A stretch of 64,000 bases of DNA, taken from Malacoraja senta. Lineage: Eukaryota. The stretch lies in contig CM075981.1 in the NCBI GenBank assembly GCA_038087875.1, forward strand, positions 67,022,001-67,086,000, written 5' to 3'. The translations under genes were made by a program, and so were the position numbers. The notes below the pieces were generated by a model. It had not been told where the DNA came from, ran no database searches, and saw only the letters and a program-made list of their open reading frames with translations. Each line of letters starts with the position of its first letter. The first letter of the stretch is position 1. Shown piece by piece: positions 23,701 to 38,700 of the stretch.

Positions 23701-26700
23701 AGTTATGTGCTGTGAAGTGATTGTTCACTGTGTAAGTGATTGTGACAAAGAGTGACTGTAGACAAGGGCATTCAGGCCACCCACGAGTGTATTGATAGAG
23801 ACGTATAAGGCAGCTAAGGATTCTAGCAATAGTAGTGAGGTCGAAACAGGTGGTCTTAGCAATGGCACGGTATGATCCAAAGTTCATTTCAGTTCTACAA
23901 TTGGAGAATCATATTTGACTATAAGTTCATAAATGGTAGGAGCAGAATTAGCAATGAATTCCACATATTCACCACCATCTGACTAAAGAAATTCTTCCTC
24001 ATCTCCTTCCGAAAGGAATGTCCTTTTATTCTGAGGCCATGACTATGACACGTAGTGAATGTCTACATCCACTTGTACATTTATCCATTACCCTAGTGCT
24101 TGTTGACCTACATTTCCGCCTGATAGGCAACACCTAGGGCGGCACGGTGGCACAGTGGTAGAGTTGTTACCTTACAGTGCTTGCAGCACCAGAGGTTTGA
24201 TCCTGACTACGGGTGCAGTCTGTACGGAGTTTGTACGTTCTCCCCGTGACCACGTGGGTTTTCTCCGAGATCTTCGGTTTCCTCCCATTCTCCAAAAACA
24301 TACAGGTGTGTAGGTAAATTGGCTAGGTAAATGTAAAAATTGGCTCGTGTGTGTATGATAGCTGGTCGGCGTGGGCTTTGTGGGCCGATGGGCCTCTTTC
24401 CGCGCTGTATCTCTAAAACTAAACTAAAACCCCAATTTACAAAGTCCTCTCTGTTCCCTGTCTGGAACAGAGAGGAATTCATCCTTATAGTCCCCCTGGA
24501 TTTCTGTGTTGATCCATTTCTGGCCTTTTGTTAACAGTTTTGTTTTGTATCTGTCCGTTAGCTGACCCGTCCAGCTCAGGACCTGCTGATGTCGGTCTGC
24601 ACCAACTGCTCTTCACATGGAACAGAGGACATGGAAGTTATGTCGAATCTCATCAAAATCCGCCTGAAGCCCAAGGTTTTGCTGAACCATTACATGCTAT
24701 GCATAAAGTGAGTACCAGAATTACAGGGTATCCTGTAAATATGTTACAGAGAGACTTTAAAGCCAAGCATCTACAGAGGTCAAGAAAATGAATCCATGTC
24801 AATGAAGCTAGACATTCATAAAATGTTCTTCAAACTAAAGAGGTATAAATTCAGCTGAGAAAACTGAAGAACTTCAACATCTTGAAAGTGCTTGGAATGC
24901 TTCCACAGTGGGTAATTGAAGTGGTGGTTTTAAAGGAAGTTTTTAAATCCACCTTATTTTTGTATCCTATAATTGCATAGAATTTGGTTAAGTGCAATTT
25001 AGTCAGGAGAATGATTGAACAGATTATGATCAAGGTATCGCACCTTGCGCTGTAGTACAGCATCTCAGTCTGTCAACATACACACAATTCTCCAAGCAAC
25101 AATGTCTAATTACTAAGTTTCAATTACATGCTACTTACTTCATGAAGATGCTTGGTCACTTAAGCTTGGTCTTGTATGTCTTGTAACCACACATTTCACT
25201 GTACCAACTGGTACATGTGACAAATAGATGTATCTTGTATGTTCATGTCCATTCAGTCACTATTTGTCACAATCACTTACTTTTCTCATAACTGGACAAG
25301 GACATTCTGGAATACACCAATAAGGCTTGGATGGGAGTTTCAGCCGTAAATGAGATAAGATAGGTGACGATTCAAGCGACAAATGAGGTGGAAACAAGAA
25401 CAATGAAACCATGCTTTTAGACTGCCTGTTTCTACCTCATATCTTGGATGCACACCATCTCTAGTCGACAATCGAATATCAGGGAACCTCTTTGCCAGAG
25501 GTCATCTGTCGCTGGCTTTGATTTGTTCTGTCTTTTTCCCACCAGTCTTTTCTTCCCCCCCCCCCCTCAACTACAACCAGTCTAAGGAAGTGTCCCAATC
25601 TGAAACGTCACCTATCCATTTTCTCCAGAGATGCTGTCTGACTCGCTGAGTTACTGCAGCATTTTGTGTCTATGTTTGATTGTAGTTAGAATGGTTTGGG
25701 CTCAAATTTTCATTTTCTACCCGAGCAGATCATCAAATCAGATAACCGCAACCAATCTGTGCTCCATCAATACAGGTCCAACTTGAACTCGCCCCACCAA
25801 AGATCAATCCCAATGGAAGTTCAGGCCAGCCTCTCGTGTGGACCATCAGTTGCCAGAAAATCGTGTTCAACCTGTTCTGTGTAATTGCTTCACTGTAAAA
25901 CTGTTCTTCCTTTTGGTATTAGGGAATTGCTGAATGCCCATCGTGATAACCTGGGAACACTGGTGAAGTTTGTAATTTTCAATGAGCTGTCTAATGCACG
26001 GAATCCAAACAACATGCAGGTCCTCCACACGGTGCTGCAGCACAACTCTGAACTGGCCCCCAAGGTGAGCTCTCACCTACCTAGGTTACCCACAAGCAGT
26101 CCAATGGTTCTGGTGTCGTGCAAGAAGTTAAATTGAGCTATTTTGTTAATTTGTTCATGGGAAGACCATAGTGGATACTTCTGTGCATTGTGCAATTCAT
26201 TTAAGAAGATAACATTTGGAGTAAAAGGAGTCATTACTGGCCTGAGTTTTGCTTTGTATTTCAAAAGGCACTCTCTATCAAAAGGAAAAATTAAGCTGCC
26301 TTATGCAAAGTAAGCATGAGGCCACGTTTTTTTTTCCTTGAAGGTTTCCCTACCAGAACTACAAAGATTGAGTCTCTTTCTTGCACACAGTTTTCCCAGT
26401 AAGGCAGAACAAGTCCTGCACAAAAAGTCCTTTAACAGTCATCCAAGCTATTTGCCCCTGACTCAGATGGTTGCCAAACAGTATCTGCGAGAACTAACTT
26501 CCACAAGTTAGCACAGCCTGATGGACTTCATGAGGAGCACAGGCAACAGGTCATAAGATGTCAGCCTAGGTTGTGCCAGGACTGGACTTATCATAAGAGA
26601 TAGGAGTAGAATTAAGCCATTCGGCCCATCAAGTCTATTCCGCCATTCAATCATGGCTGATCTATCTCTGATCTCTGACACCCGTACTAATCAAGAATCT

Positions 26701-29700
26701 ATCTATCTCTGCCTTAAATATATCCACTGACTTTACCTCCACAGCTGTCTGTGGCAAAGAATTCCACCTTTAATTCGGAGGCTCTGACCTCTAGTCCTAG
26801 ACTCTCCCACTAGTGGAAACATCCTCTCCACATCCATTCTATTCAAGCCTTGGGAAGAAACACAGCGAATTCCAGCATTAGTAATGGGAAGGGAATTGAA
26901 AGCTCTCATTGAAAGCAAAGACAACATTTTGGCTGCTTGATCTTCTGCTGGCAGAAACAACAAAAACAGCCTGCCCTTTATATTTTGAAATACAATGTTG
27001 GAAACTCTGCCAGTCAGCTCAGCCAACTCTGTCAGTTGTCCAGCACTTTGCTCATGTCCCCTGATTACCTTTAAATCCCAAATTTCCACTTTTTTTTGTT
27101 TAGTTTAGAGATATAGCGCAGAAACAGGCCCTTCGGCCCACTGAGTCCACACCAACCAGCGATCCACGCACACTATCCTACACACACTAGGGGCAATTTA
27201 CACCAAGCTAATTAACCTACAAACCAGTACGTCTTTGGACTGCGGGAGGAAACCGAAGATCTCGGAGAAAACCCACGCAGGTCACGGGGAGAACGTACAA
27301 ACTCCGTACAGACAGCACCTGTAGTCAGGATCGAACCCGGGTCTCTGGCTTAGCAAGCACTGTAAGGCAGCAACTCTACCGCTGCGCCACCGTGGCTGCG
27401 TGGCCGCCCACTTATTTCAATGTTACTCACTGACTAACCATCTATATTTCCCCGAGGTAGAGAATCCCAAAGGTTCACGAGGCACTTGGTGAACACATTT
27501 TCTTTCCACTCAGTCCTAAATGGCTGTCAACCTTTCACGTGGACCTATAGCCGTCATATCAACCTTGTCAGCCTCAGGCAGTCGCCACTCAATTCAGTCA
27601 ATCTAGTGATTATAAGGACAATCCCCTCATTACTGGTATCAGTCTTGCAATCGGCTTCCAACATATTTTGCTACAGAAATGAAAGCTCTTAGAACATCCA
27701 AAATATGTAAGGTACTCTCCATGGTTAGACATTTGGAGTTAAGTCAAATAGCATGGATAAATAGCATGGACAGCAAGCCAAATCGGGAAAAAGGAATGAA
27801 TGTTCCGATGAAGGAGGCTAATGGGCCTGACCATGTCTTTCTTTAGGTACATATAATTCACACAGCCAGTAAAGGGTTTAAATAGTCCGTTTGAATGTAT
27901 ATCCATTTCTTTCCTGTCCAAAGTAGATTGAGGATTATATAACCACCTTTTGCTAAGTTTACTTTAATGATGACAGATCAGAAGCTAAAGTTGGCACCTA
28001 CTTCATCCCAAAATTGGCGAGTGCATTAAGTCACCTGGAGTTTGAGTAATTCCATGACTGGTTAAATGTTAGTTGACGGCAGTTTATGGTTTCACTGTGG
28101 TTTGTTTTTTTCAGTAGCTGTGTATATTATTATTTGACTCACGCACTATATTTTCTCAGTATCTAGCTATGGTGTTCCAGGATTTGCTCACCAATAAAGA
28201 TGATTACCTTCGAGCATCTCGAGCTTTGCTGCGGGAAATTATAAAACAAACCAAACATGAGATCAACTTTCCCTCCTTCTGTCTGGGCCTGATGCAGGAG
28301 CGAAAGGAGCAAACATACCTAGATATGGAATTTAAGGTGAGTGCTGGTTCTTAAGTGTGCACAAAATCCTTTATAGTCAAATGGAGCTAACAGAGGTGGC
28401 CTGTTTTATGAGATCAATATAAGCATTAGGTTATTTTTGTTTTTCTTCTTTGCAACACTGCAATTGTTCCCATCTGCTCCTTGTAGCATTGCTTCAGTAT
28501 CTTCTTGTGTTAACCAAGATGGTGGTTTACCAGGTTGATCAATGTTATTGTGGAAACACATACGAGACCAGTCCTGATTCCTTCCGTTAGCTGGGACAAC
28601 TTAGATTGCAACCGTACTCGAAAGCTAGCCCTGTTAAGATCCATTAACTTGAGCACTGCCGATGCATTAGCCAATTGCCCTGTATACATCTATGGTTAGA
28701 TGAACACAGAAGTAGAACTGTGTTCGATTTTCACAGAATGACCCAACTTGTTCATGCGAGTGCATTTGCTCCACACAAACCCCTTGCCCTATTCCAACAC
28801 ACTATATAAATGTTATTCCTTTGTTTGTCTTTTTTCCCCAACTTCCTCTTGAATACACATTGGCTATTCACCTTAACTCTTACATGTGAGTCCAAGTATT
28901 GCATATGTGACTCTTCTTAAGGAAATAATTTTGCGTTGCAGTTATTAGGGACTCTTCTTGTTTTGGAATCATTCACAGTTCTCCATCCTATCAAAGCACA
29001 ATCGGAGAGACCTGCACCTAATTCAGTGTTCTGCCACTGAGCTGTTCTTCATTTGTCAGATATCAGACTTTCTGCTCTCCTCTTGCAAAAGACATAAAAT
29101 ATATGCAGATTGACATAGTTGGGTTCCAGTGTTTACATATGACTTATTACCACTCCAGGCTATAAATTCCCAACTGAGCTTTTTGAAAAATATTGTTTTT
29201 AATATATTGTTTAATGATAGATTTTTTGCAGAAACGACTGCAAATTGTGGTTGAAAACTTTGCAGCAGTGATCATAGTAAGCTTGGTCAGAAGTTCATGA
29301 TTTGATTTAGATCAGAAGCATGGTATAGGGAGGGGGTACATAGCTGGGTTGTTTGACCCAATCAGCAATGGCATAGTGGGTGACCAAAAGAATGGCAGAA
29401 AGATTCAGCAATAGCTTTCTTATCACAGTTCATGAATTGATATAATCCTATTGGACTGACAGTTCTAGAATCAATGGCAGATTTTGTCAGCATATTGCCA
29501 TATCTTTCTTGAGCTCATTTTATAGCCCAGCAGTGTAGAATGAGGAATAATGAAATAGGGAGAAATCTTCTGAAACTGTTGAATGCCAGAAAAAATCAGT
29601 TCAATTATCAGTCCATTGATTAGATTCTCTATCGACCCTTCTTAAAGGACAACAAGCCAAATGGATGGTGTTAGCTGGAATTGTAACTTGCTTTCTTGGT

Positions 29701-32700
29701 TCTGCAGGAGCGCTTTGTGATCCAGGTGACAGACCTACTGACCCTGTCAATGATGCTGGGGATTACAGCACAAGTAAAGGAATCAGGGCTTGCATGGGAC
29801 AAAGGCGAGAAAAAGAGTAAGTACAAAGACTTGGGGAATAGTGGGCTGGAATTGTTCAAGTGCACGTCTTCTACATTCTATGTAATGCAGAAATCAATAA
29901 TAAGGGAATAGTTAGATAAAGTGATAGTGACTGTGATATTCCACTGTAGAATTATAACAAATTTGGCCCTTTAAAAAAAATACCACGTCCTAATTTGCAG
30001 TTTCCAGCACAAAATACGGCTTTACAGATGAATCTTGTCCATATCAACCTTCTGCTGAGGCTGCGCTGATCTATCAACACTATGCTCCTGGGCTTCTCGT
30101 TCCCACTGTTTACCTTTATGCTTCGGGCCAGCCCTGTATATTGGATCTGCTTGGGTCCATTGTTGCTCTGCTCCTTGGCCTCTAGTCCCCATTCGTTATC
30201 TTCCCATTCTTGTGCTGGGCCTATGTCCTCTAGAACTGCTTGATCCATCATTGCTCTAGATGTTTTAAAATGCAGCCACTGTTGTATATAGGAAACACAC
30301 AGCCAACCTTGCCATAACGAGATGCAGCATGCAACAATGGGAAAGCAAAAACATATAATTTGTTTTATTGTTATTGGATTAAAATACTTTGAAATATTTC
30401 TGAGTAATGACTTTAAAGTATTAAATTAAAATGGGTCATGGTAAAATCTAACTCCGTCAAAAAAGAATTGAACATTAAATGAGCATTTATTAATGGTATT
30501 TACCTGGCTGTTGAACCCTGACAGCATAACTCATGAAGTCCAGGGAAATAGCAATTCTCAAGTCTGTTTGCAATTCTCAATTCTGTTTTTAAATAACTAG
30601 AACAAATTTACTTTCCAACTTCAGAGTCAGAGGTCATGCGCTCAAACTCAACTTTGGACTTCAGCACCTAATCTAGGTTGCTGCTGTGGATGGGATTAGT
30701 TTAGATTGGCATCACAGTCAAAGCATTCATGATGGGTCTTTTCCTGCACTGTACCGTTCCCAGTTCAAAGATTCTAATATTACTGTTTTGAAGAGCCTTG
30801 GAGTTTTCCCTGGAGTCCTGGTGAATATTTATCAGTCATCCAAATCCCTAAAATAGATGAAAATCACAAAAAGTGTAGATGCTGGAAATCTGAAATAGAA
30901 ATGGTAAAGGCTGGAATCAGGTAGCATCTGTGGGTAGATAAATAGTTAACGTTACAAAGCATCTACGGATAGATGGCGTTACGAAGAGATAACCATGGTT
31001 GTGATTAATGGTCCGCGACTCTGTATCTCTGTATGTTAACTCTGTATCTCTTTTCCCTGAGGATGTCTGAACCGCTGAATATTTCCTGCATCTTCTCTTG
31101 TCATTTCGTAAAAAATGATTAACTGGACTTTATCACATTTCTGGTTGTGTGCGAAATTAAGAGCAATTTGTCAGTTTAATAAATTGGAAGAACTAATTTT
31201 CAAACAATATTTCATTGGCTGTAACGTGTTTTGGGCATTTTAAGATTATTGTGGACGTTATATCATTTTTTGATTCTTTAAATCGGTTTGTAATGAGATT
31301 GAGATAGACATGTTAATGTGAACAAGACTTTAAATAGGCCTTCAAGGTTCCACAAAATTACAAAGGTGAAAAGCTCAGATGCTTATGTTTACAGCTGCAT
31401 TAATACATCTTTAAACAAAGCAGGCTGTATTATTCAGAATGTTTTGCTTATTAAAATTGTTTGGTCCCCCGATAGCAGTGTGTGATTAACATCCATTAAA
31501 TTGTGTGTTCCTCTGTGGCAAGCAATGTTGAGAACTCTATTAATACAATAAATGAAAATCATACTACTGCCAGAAGCAGATTCAGAATGGGGAGCAATGA
31601 TCAACACTTTTGTATATTATATTATGCTCAGCTAACACAGAGCTGCATGTCGCTTGTTACCTGTCAGTATTCTTCATTTGCTTGTACTTTTGATATCCTC
31701 GCTCATTTTATGGCTGTTGCATCACAGTGCACCCACGCCAGAGGAAGTTTTAAATCTGGCCAGTTTAATGAGAAGCTTCCTGTTGCTGCAATGTACCAAT
31801 ATGGAACAGAGTTATACAGGCCCAGACATTCTCCAGAACATGTGGGTTAACGTTCAGCTGATTAGGACACCAACATCAAAGATTGGGTGTTTTGTGTTCG
31901 CTTTGCCTGCATGGATAAATACTGATGAGAAGCTTTGTTGTTGGTCTGTGCTGTAATCCAGGGAGGTTTCAAGGTCAGTTTATTGTCGCATGTACCAGTT
32001 AAGGTACAGTGAAATTTGAGTTGCCATACTAAGTGAAAAGCAACAAGACACACAACCACATAAAAGTTAACATAAACATCCACCACAGTGGATTCCACAT
32101 TCCTCACTGTGATGGAAGGCAATAAAGTTCAAAATATTCTTGTATTCTTAAAATGTTTTGACAAATAATTGTGGAAGTGTGAAATATATTTGTCTTTTCT
32201 CTCTGCATTTTTTCTCCTCACCGTTATGAACCAAAGACCTGGAAGGGCTGCGTGCATTTCAGACTCAGATTGCAACCATCCAGCGAGATACTGTGTGGTG
32301 GCTGCACACTGTGGTGCCAACCGTTTGCAAACTGAATCCCAAGGATTATATCCATTGGTAGGTGCCCTTTCTTGATGACTTGAGAGGAAAATAATCTTCT
32401 TTGGACATCAGTGGTAAATGTTTGCTGAGGATCAGTAGGTTGGTTGCACTCATTTTTTGTATTTAGTGCTATTGTCCTTTTATTTGGAATTGAATGTGCA
32501 GTTGTCAGTGTAACCAATAGTTAATTTGCACACATCCTTCAGAACCAGCAACCAAAGATAATTCTTCCCTAACTGGACATATTGGTAGATTTTTCTAGAG
32601 TAATACATATTAATTGAAACATATCCTAAACAGAGTGAAATTATTTTAGCCAGGTGGAAATTTAGAGCAGGGAGGAGGAGGAGGAAGTGCTGTACTTGTC

Positions 32701-35700
32701 TCAATACTAGTTGTGCTTTCTATAAACTTGTGAAGTTAGTCGTTAATGTTTGTGTCCAGTATTTTCAATGTTTAATATAAATCAGTGTGTTTAATTTGAA
32801 GAGCAGTGTTATAAAGGACTATAAGTAAAATATAATTGTTATTTATGGCAGTGCAGCTGGTGGGTCTGTAGTGTAGAACAAGACAGTTAATGAAGAGTGG
32901 GATAGCCGTTAATGAAAATTTCAACACAAAATGTTTCCGTGTTGAATCTCTGTGGTTTAAATTCATTGAACAAGAATTAAAGTTGGACACGATGGAAGTC
33001 GGAAGAGTACCTGGACAGTTTTCAGCAAGCCTCAGATACACCTCGTGGAGAGGCCCAGATGGTTTGGTGTGAAAGCATATAGAGAGAGGAACCAAAATAT
33101 GATAGAAAATGAAGATCTTCAGAAACATTGTATTCAACAGATGTAATGATCTAATTACGAGAAAAACGATGATTGCTGTTGGAAGTGCAGCTAGGCAGTT
33201 TACCGTGACACCTTGGAGTGGGAAGTTTTCTGCTGAAGTATGGGAGGGAAGAAAAATATTGCAATGGTCAGGGAATTTCATCATTATGGGATACATATTC
33301 TCCCCTGTGATACTTTTCCTACTTGGTGCCTGGATGAAGCTCATTACCAAGTGACAATGAGAAATGAAGTGGAAAGGGAAGGATCCACTCATGGTCTTAA
33401 AAATACGAATAAAAGTAAAATGTTGGAATTATCTCTATGAGGTGTAGACCGTATACGGACAATTCCAGGTATAAGAGCTAAATTTAAGAATGGGATCTCA
33501 GAAGCGTATTGTGTAATAATTATTAAAATGAAGTATTAAAAGTTTTGGAACACATGACAGGAAAGATAATTAAATTTAAGACTGGGAGAATCCAGGGAAT
33601 TACAGGCTGGTGAGCCTCCAGTTGTAGGGTCTTGGACAGGAACATACGTAGAAAAGATTTGTTATGAGGGATATGGGCCAAACGTGGGCAAATGGGATAT
33701 TAACCAAGGATTACAGCCTTTTCTGTTGACACTAAGTAGCACAGTGTAATGGGGTGGGGGGTGGAGGAGTAGATGAATGGAGGTTGGTCAGAGGGCTGGG
33801 GTGGGCTGTGTTTCATGCATGTGGCAAAGTGGTCCAAGCTAGAATACCTACCTGTGGGTGGAAACGTCTCCCAGACCCCTGCAATATGTTGGTCTCGGCA
33901 AATTGTTTTTTTTATTAGAATTTTATGTGGGCTGTGCCTGGTAGATTATCTGAACTTACATGCTCTTACATGCTCATAACAAACTTTAACCATCCTCCTT
34001 ACAGTTTGCATAAGGTGCTCTTCACTGAACAGCCGGAGACATACTACAAATGGGATAATTGGCCTCCAGAAAGTGACAGAAAGTAAGCACTTCGTTTCCA
34101 ATAGTTTCCATACGCCCAGTGATGTATGAGCACAATTCCCTGACAATATTGCTGCAGAATCAGTTCCGACATCAGCTGGTAATTAGTTACTGTTCAAAGG
34201 CAAGAATGTGTTTTCACCACCTCTGCTGTGTTATTGTGTTTCCGCAGTATTACAATGGGCCTTAAGCGCCCTGGGTCAGTGAGAGAGTAAGTAAGCCAAT
34301 GGTTTCCAGAATAGGGTTGGACTCTTTTGTGATGCTTCCTCACCAACGTAGGGTCCATTAGCTTGGTAATGTTCACTATCTGTGCTTACAGATGAGGAAT
34401 GTTTATCCACAGAATGAAAATGAAATGCCCACTTGTGTATATCTCATCATTTATATAAGAGGTATAATTACTATGGAGGCAGGTCAGAGAATGTTTGCTA
34501 AATTGATTCCTGGCTTGAAGGGTTGCGTTTGTATCATTTGGAGTTTAGAAGAATAAGTAGCAATCATGTTGAATTGTTTGAGGGGGATTCACAGGGTTGA
34601 TGATTAGAAGATGTTTCTCCACTGCAGGAGTCTAGAGCTAGGGAACAATTTCAGCAAATGAGTCTCCATTTAAGGCAATATATTTTCTGAGGAGGTGGGA
34701 GGAGGGGCGTGGAGATCATGAATTTTTAGATTCTTTACTGCAGGGAACTGCGATGGCTGATGAACGTTTTGACGGTAGGCTGGTGGAAGGTTTTGGGATC
34801 CAGCAGGAATGGAGTACTGGCTGAGATCAGTTCAGCCGTGGTATTATTGAATAGCTGAGCAGGGTCTGAGTCACGTGGTCCATTCTTTATGGTATACTTC
34901 AACTACACTTCTGACATTGACTAGAATAAGGACTTTGATTATAAAGGCAAATTAACCACAGCCCATTTTTTGCCAGTGATTGGGGTGGGGGAAAGGGGGT
35001 GGGGAGTAAAAGCAACTGAAATTGTTTCCTTAGAACACAGAAGACAATGAGAAGATTTAATAAACACATTCAAAGATTTGACTGATTATATAATATTTTT
35101 TAATAGAGTAGCTCGGTAGATGCTGTTTCTATTTCAGGGAGCGCTGGTGTCCAGAGGAGAAAGATTTAACATAATTGGTTCAAAATCCGTTGGGGCAAAT
35201 GAATATTAATGCAGTGAATTATGATCAACAGTGCATTGCCTGCAAGGATTGATAGAAGTGGTTTCAGTAGTAACTTTTAAAATGAATTTGGATAAATACT
35301 TAAAAATCGGAATAATTAGCACGGCTTCAGGGAAAGATAAGAGAAATTTAGATTAATTAGGTTGCTGTGAAAGAATCAGCATAGACAAGAGGGTTAAGTG
35401 TCCTCCAAGTGCATGAATCTGTGAAAGCTAGTAATTCCTTATCCCTTTTCAGCTTCTTTCTTCGGCTGTGCTCTGAGGTCCCACTCCTGGAGGACACCCT
35501 GATGCGGATCCTGGTCATTGGATTATCACGGGATTTAGCTCTGGGGCCGGCTGATGCGATGGAATTAGCCGACCATCTGGTGAAACGAGCTGCATTGGTG
35601 CAGGCTGATGGTAAGGTGGCCGGTAGCTTGTGTTTGTTATTCGTTTTTTTATTGCCATGTGTTCCAAGATATGGTGAAAAATATTGTTTGCATGCTATCC

Positions 35701-38700
35701 AGTTAAATCATGCTATACATGAGTACAATCAAGGACAGCAGGTAATGCCAAGAGAAAAATACCAGAGTGTAGAATAGTGTATCGCAGCATTATTGTGTTA
35801 CAACTACAGAAAAAGTGCAGATGTAAAAAAAAAGTGCAAGACTGCAATGAGGGTGGTTGGGAGATCGGGACTACATCCTTAGTTTATGAGGGGGGTTGCA
35901 AGAATGGGTCTATACGCTTATCTTATGAGTTTATTGAGGTGGACATTTTTAATCCTTCCTAGCAGAAGGTGGTGATTGGTTATTTTCTTGAGTAATGCAT
36001 AGTTAGTTTGAGGATTGCTTTCCTTTGCACAGTTTCAAAACCAGTGAATTCTTTTGGCAAATGCCTGGGAATACCTTGATTTTCAACATTCTCCCCAAAG
36101 GTTCATGGCATCCAGACAAGGAGATGTATTTGGACTTTCTTCAATGTACTAGATGCCCCCGATCATTTCCCTAAACAGTAATATGAGAGCCTCTCTACCA
36201 CATGATTGCAGCTGTCAAGAAGAACTATTGCAACACCTTCTCAGTATCGTAAGGCCTTGTCATTGATGCCCACGTCGCCAGAATAATTCTGTTTTTAAAT
36301 ACCCTATTATGATCAGGTACAGCAGATTGAACACCAATGACCTTCACACCTAATAAGGGAAATGCTCTATTTGCTACGCATGCATAGAGCACTTGTCAAT
36401 TTAACACATGCTCTTGATGCTAGTTTATCAGTAGGAACTGTGAATGTGTTCATTTGTAGTCAATAACTGGACTCAAACATGTCAATGTAATGCATCATGT
36501 GATAATTTGTCTTGGAATACTTGTTCAGTTTTAATTTCTTCTGCCACGCTTGTTTATAAGAATCTTCTCTACCAACAGGAGCAGTTTTGCTGCATCTACC
36601 CTCGTGAATCCCTCTGTTATTTTAACCAACTCAATTATATTTCTTCTCAGTCATCTAAACTCAGGGATTGCATATCAAGTTTGTACAAACATTGCCTGAA
36701 TAGGCGCTGTTCTCAACATTGAATCATAGAGTCATAGAGTACAGCACGGAAACAGGCCCTTCGACTCAACCTGTCCATGCTGACCAAGATGCCCCATCTA
36801 TCTAAACCTTTCTTATCCATGTACCTGTCCAAATATATTTAAAACTACTTGCCTCAGTTACCTCCTCTGGCTGCTTGTTCCAAATACTCATCACCCTCTG
36901 ATTGTAAAAGTTGCCCCTCTGGTATCTATAAAATCTTTCCCCTCTCACCTTAAACCTATGTACTCTGGTCCTTGACTCCCCTACTCTGGGTAAAAGACTC
37001 TGAATAGGCATTCACCCTATCTATCCTCTCATGATTTTATACACCTCTATAACGTGTGTACAATCCCTCAGCTTCCTGCATTCCAAGGAATAAAGTCCGA
37101 GCCTGCCCAACTTCTCAGCCTCTTGAATCCTGGCAACATCCTCGTAAATCTTCTCTTCGCTCTTTCCAGCTTAATGGCAGCCTTTCTATAACAGAGTGAC
37201 CAAAACTGAACATAATACACCAAATGTGGCATCACCAATGTGCTGCGCAACTGTAACGTAACATCGCAACTTCTATACTCAATGCTCTGACTGATGAAGG
37301 CCAATGTAAGCCTTCTTGCCCACTCTATTTCCTGTGACACCACTTACAGGGAACCATCCCTCAGCCCAGCTGATCAAGAACCTGCATTGATTTTTAATAA
37401 CCATCTTCAATGTCTTCCATTCCCTTCTTTAATATAATGCTCCACTGTCTATATCTCTGTTGTCTGTATTTGTCTTCAGATATTTTTTTCAAAATAAAGC
37501 AAATGCTGAAACTAATACAATGTAATAAATAGAAGGAATACATCTCTAAGTATCTAAAAAAGAGGCTGCTGAGGATCACTAGATTTCAAGGTTTCACAGA
37601 GTGATGATAACTGGAAAGTATGATATGTTGTTTATGAAATAAAATTATAACAGACTGTCAGACGTAGAGGGAGCTGCTCTTCTACTCTTGTTTTGTAGTT
37701 GCTTAATGCTCATTGGACAGCATTCTTTGGGATTGAGTCACATTTTTTAAATCTTTTCTGCTCCCATCCTTTTGGCACAGGTAGATGCAGAAATAATGTT
37801 TCCTTTAGCAGCGGTATCTCAAACCAAATCTCAGTATTGTAAAAAACGTCACTTAAGGATTGAACTGAGAAATATTCACCCAGAGAGTGGTGAACCCATG
37901 GAGTTCCCTATCTTTGGTCTGGAGGCCTGGTTTCTGGCCTCAGGAATGCATGAACGGATAAGGGGAAAGCAGAGAGATAGTGTTGGCAATAAAGGATCAG
38001 CCATGATTGTATTGAGCTGAGGCTGGAAGGATTTATTGTCCTACTCCTTCACCTATTTTGCTATATTTCTCCCAGTATCAGTAATAGAGTATCTGGGATG
38101 TTGTCACTTATGATGCTCATAAGTGAAGTTCATAAGTGATAGGAGCAGAATTAGGCCATTCGGCCCATCATCTCCTCCATTCAGTCATGGCTGATCTATC
38201 TTTCCCTCTGAACCCTGTTCTCCTGCCCTCTCCCCATAACCCATGACACCCATACTAATCAAGAAGCTATCTATCTCTGCCTTAAAAATAGCCATTTACG
38301 GCCTCCACACCCTTCTGTGGCAATGAATTCCACAGATTCACCACCCTCCAACTGAAGAAATTCCTTTTCATCTCCTTCCTAAGAGAACGTCCTTTAATTC
38401 TGAGGCTATGACCTCTGGTCCTAGACTCTCCCACCAGTGGAAACATTCTCTCCACACGCACTCCATCCAGGCATGTGAACTGTGAAGCTCTATTTACTTT
38501 TGGATAGAAGAGAATCCCCTAGCTGTTGTTTGCAGATATGTTAGACAGGTACATGGATAGGAGGTTTTAGAGGGATCTGGGCCAAAAGCAAGCAAATGGA
38601 AGGCTACTTGTTTGACATAGACAAGTTGAGTCAAAGGGCCTGTTTCCATTCTGTATAACTCATTGACTACAAATTCTATGCCTATTTTGTTCTTCTTTCA

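Noticed and set aside
24137-24215. tRNA gene
   Set aside because: tRNA-like head of a SINE continuing into the SINE body; no cloverleaf
32772-33392. 206-aa minus-strand ORF
   Set aside because: No recognisable protein; the plus strand looks like decayed CR1 endonuclease sequence
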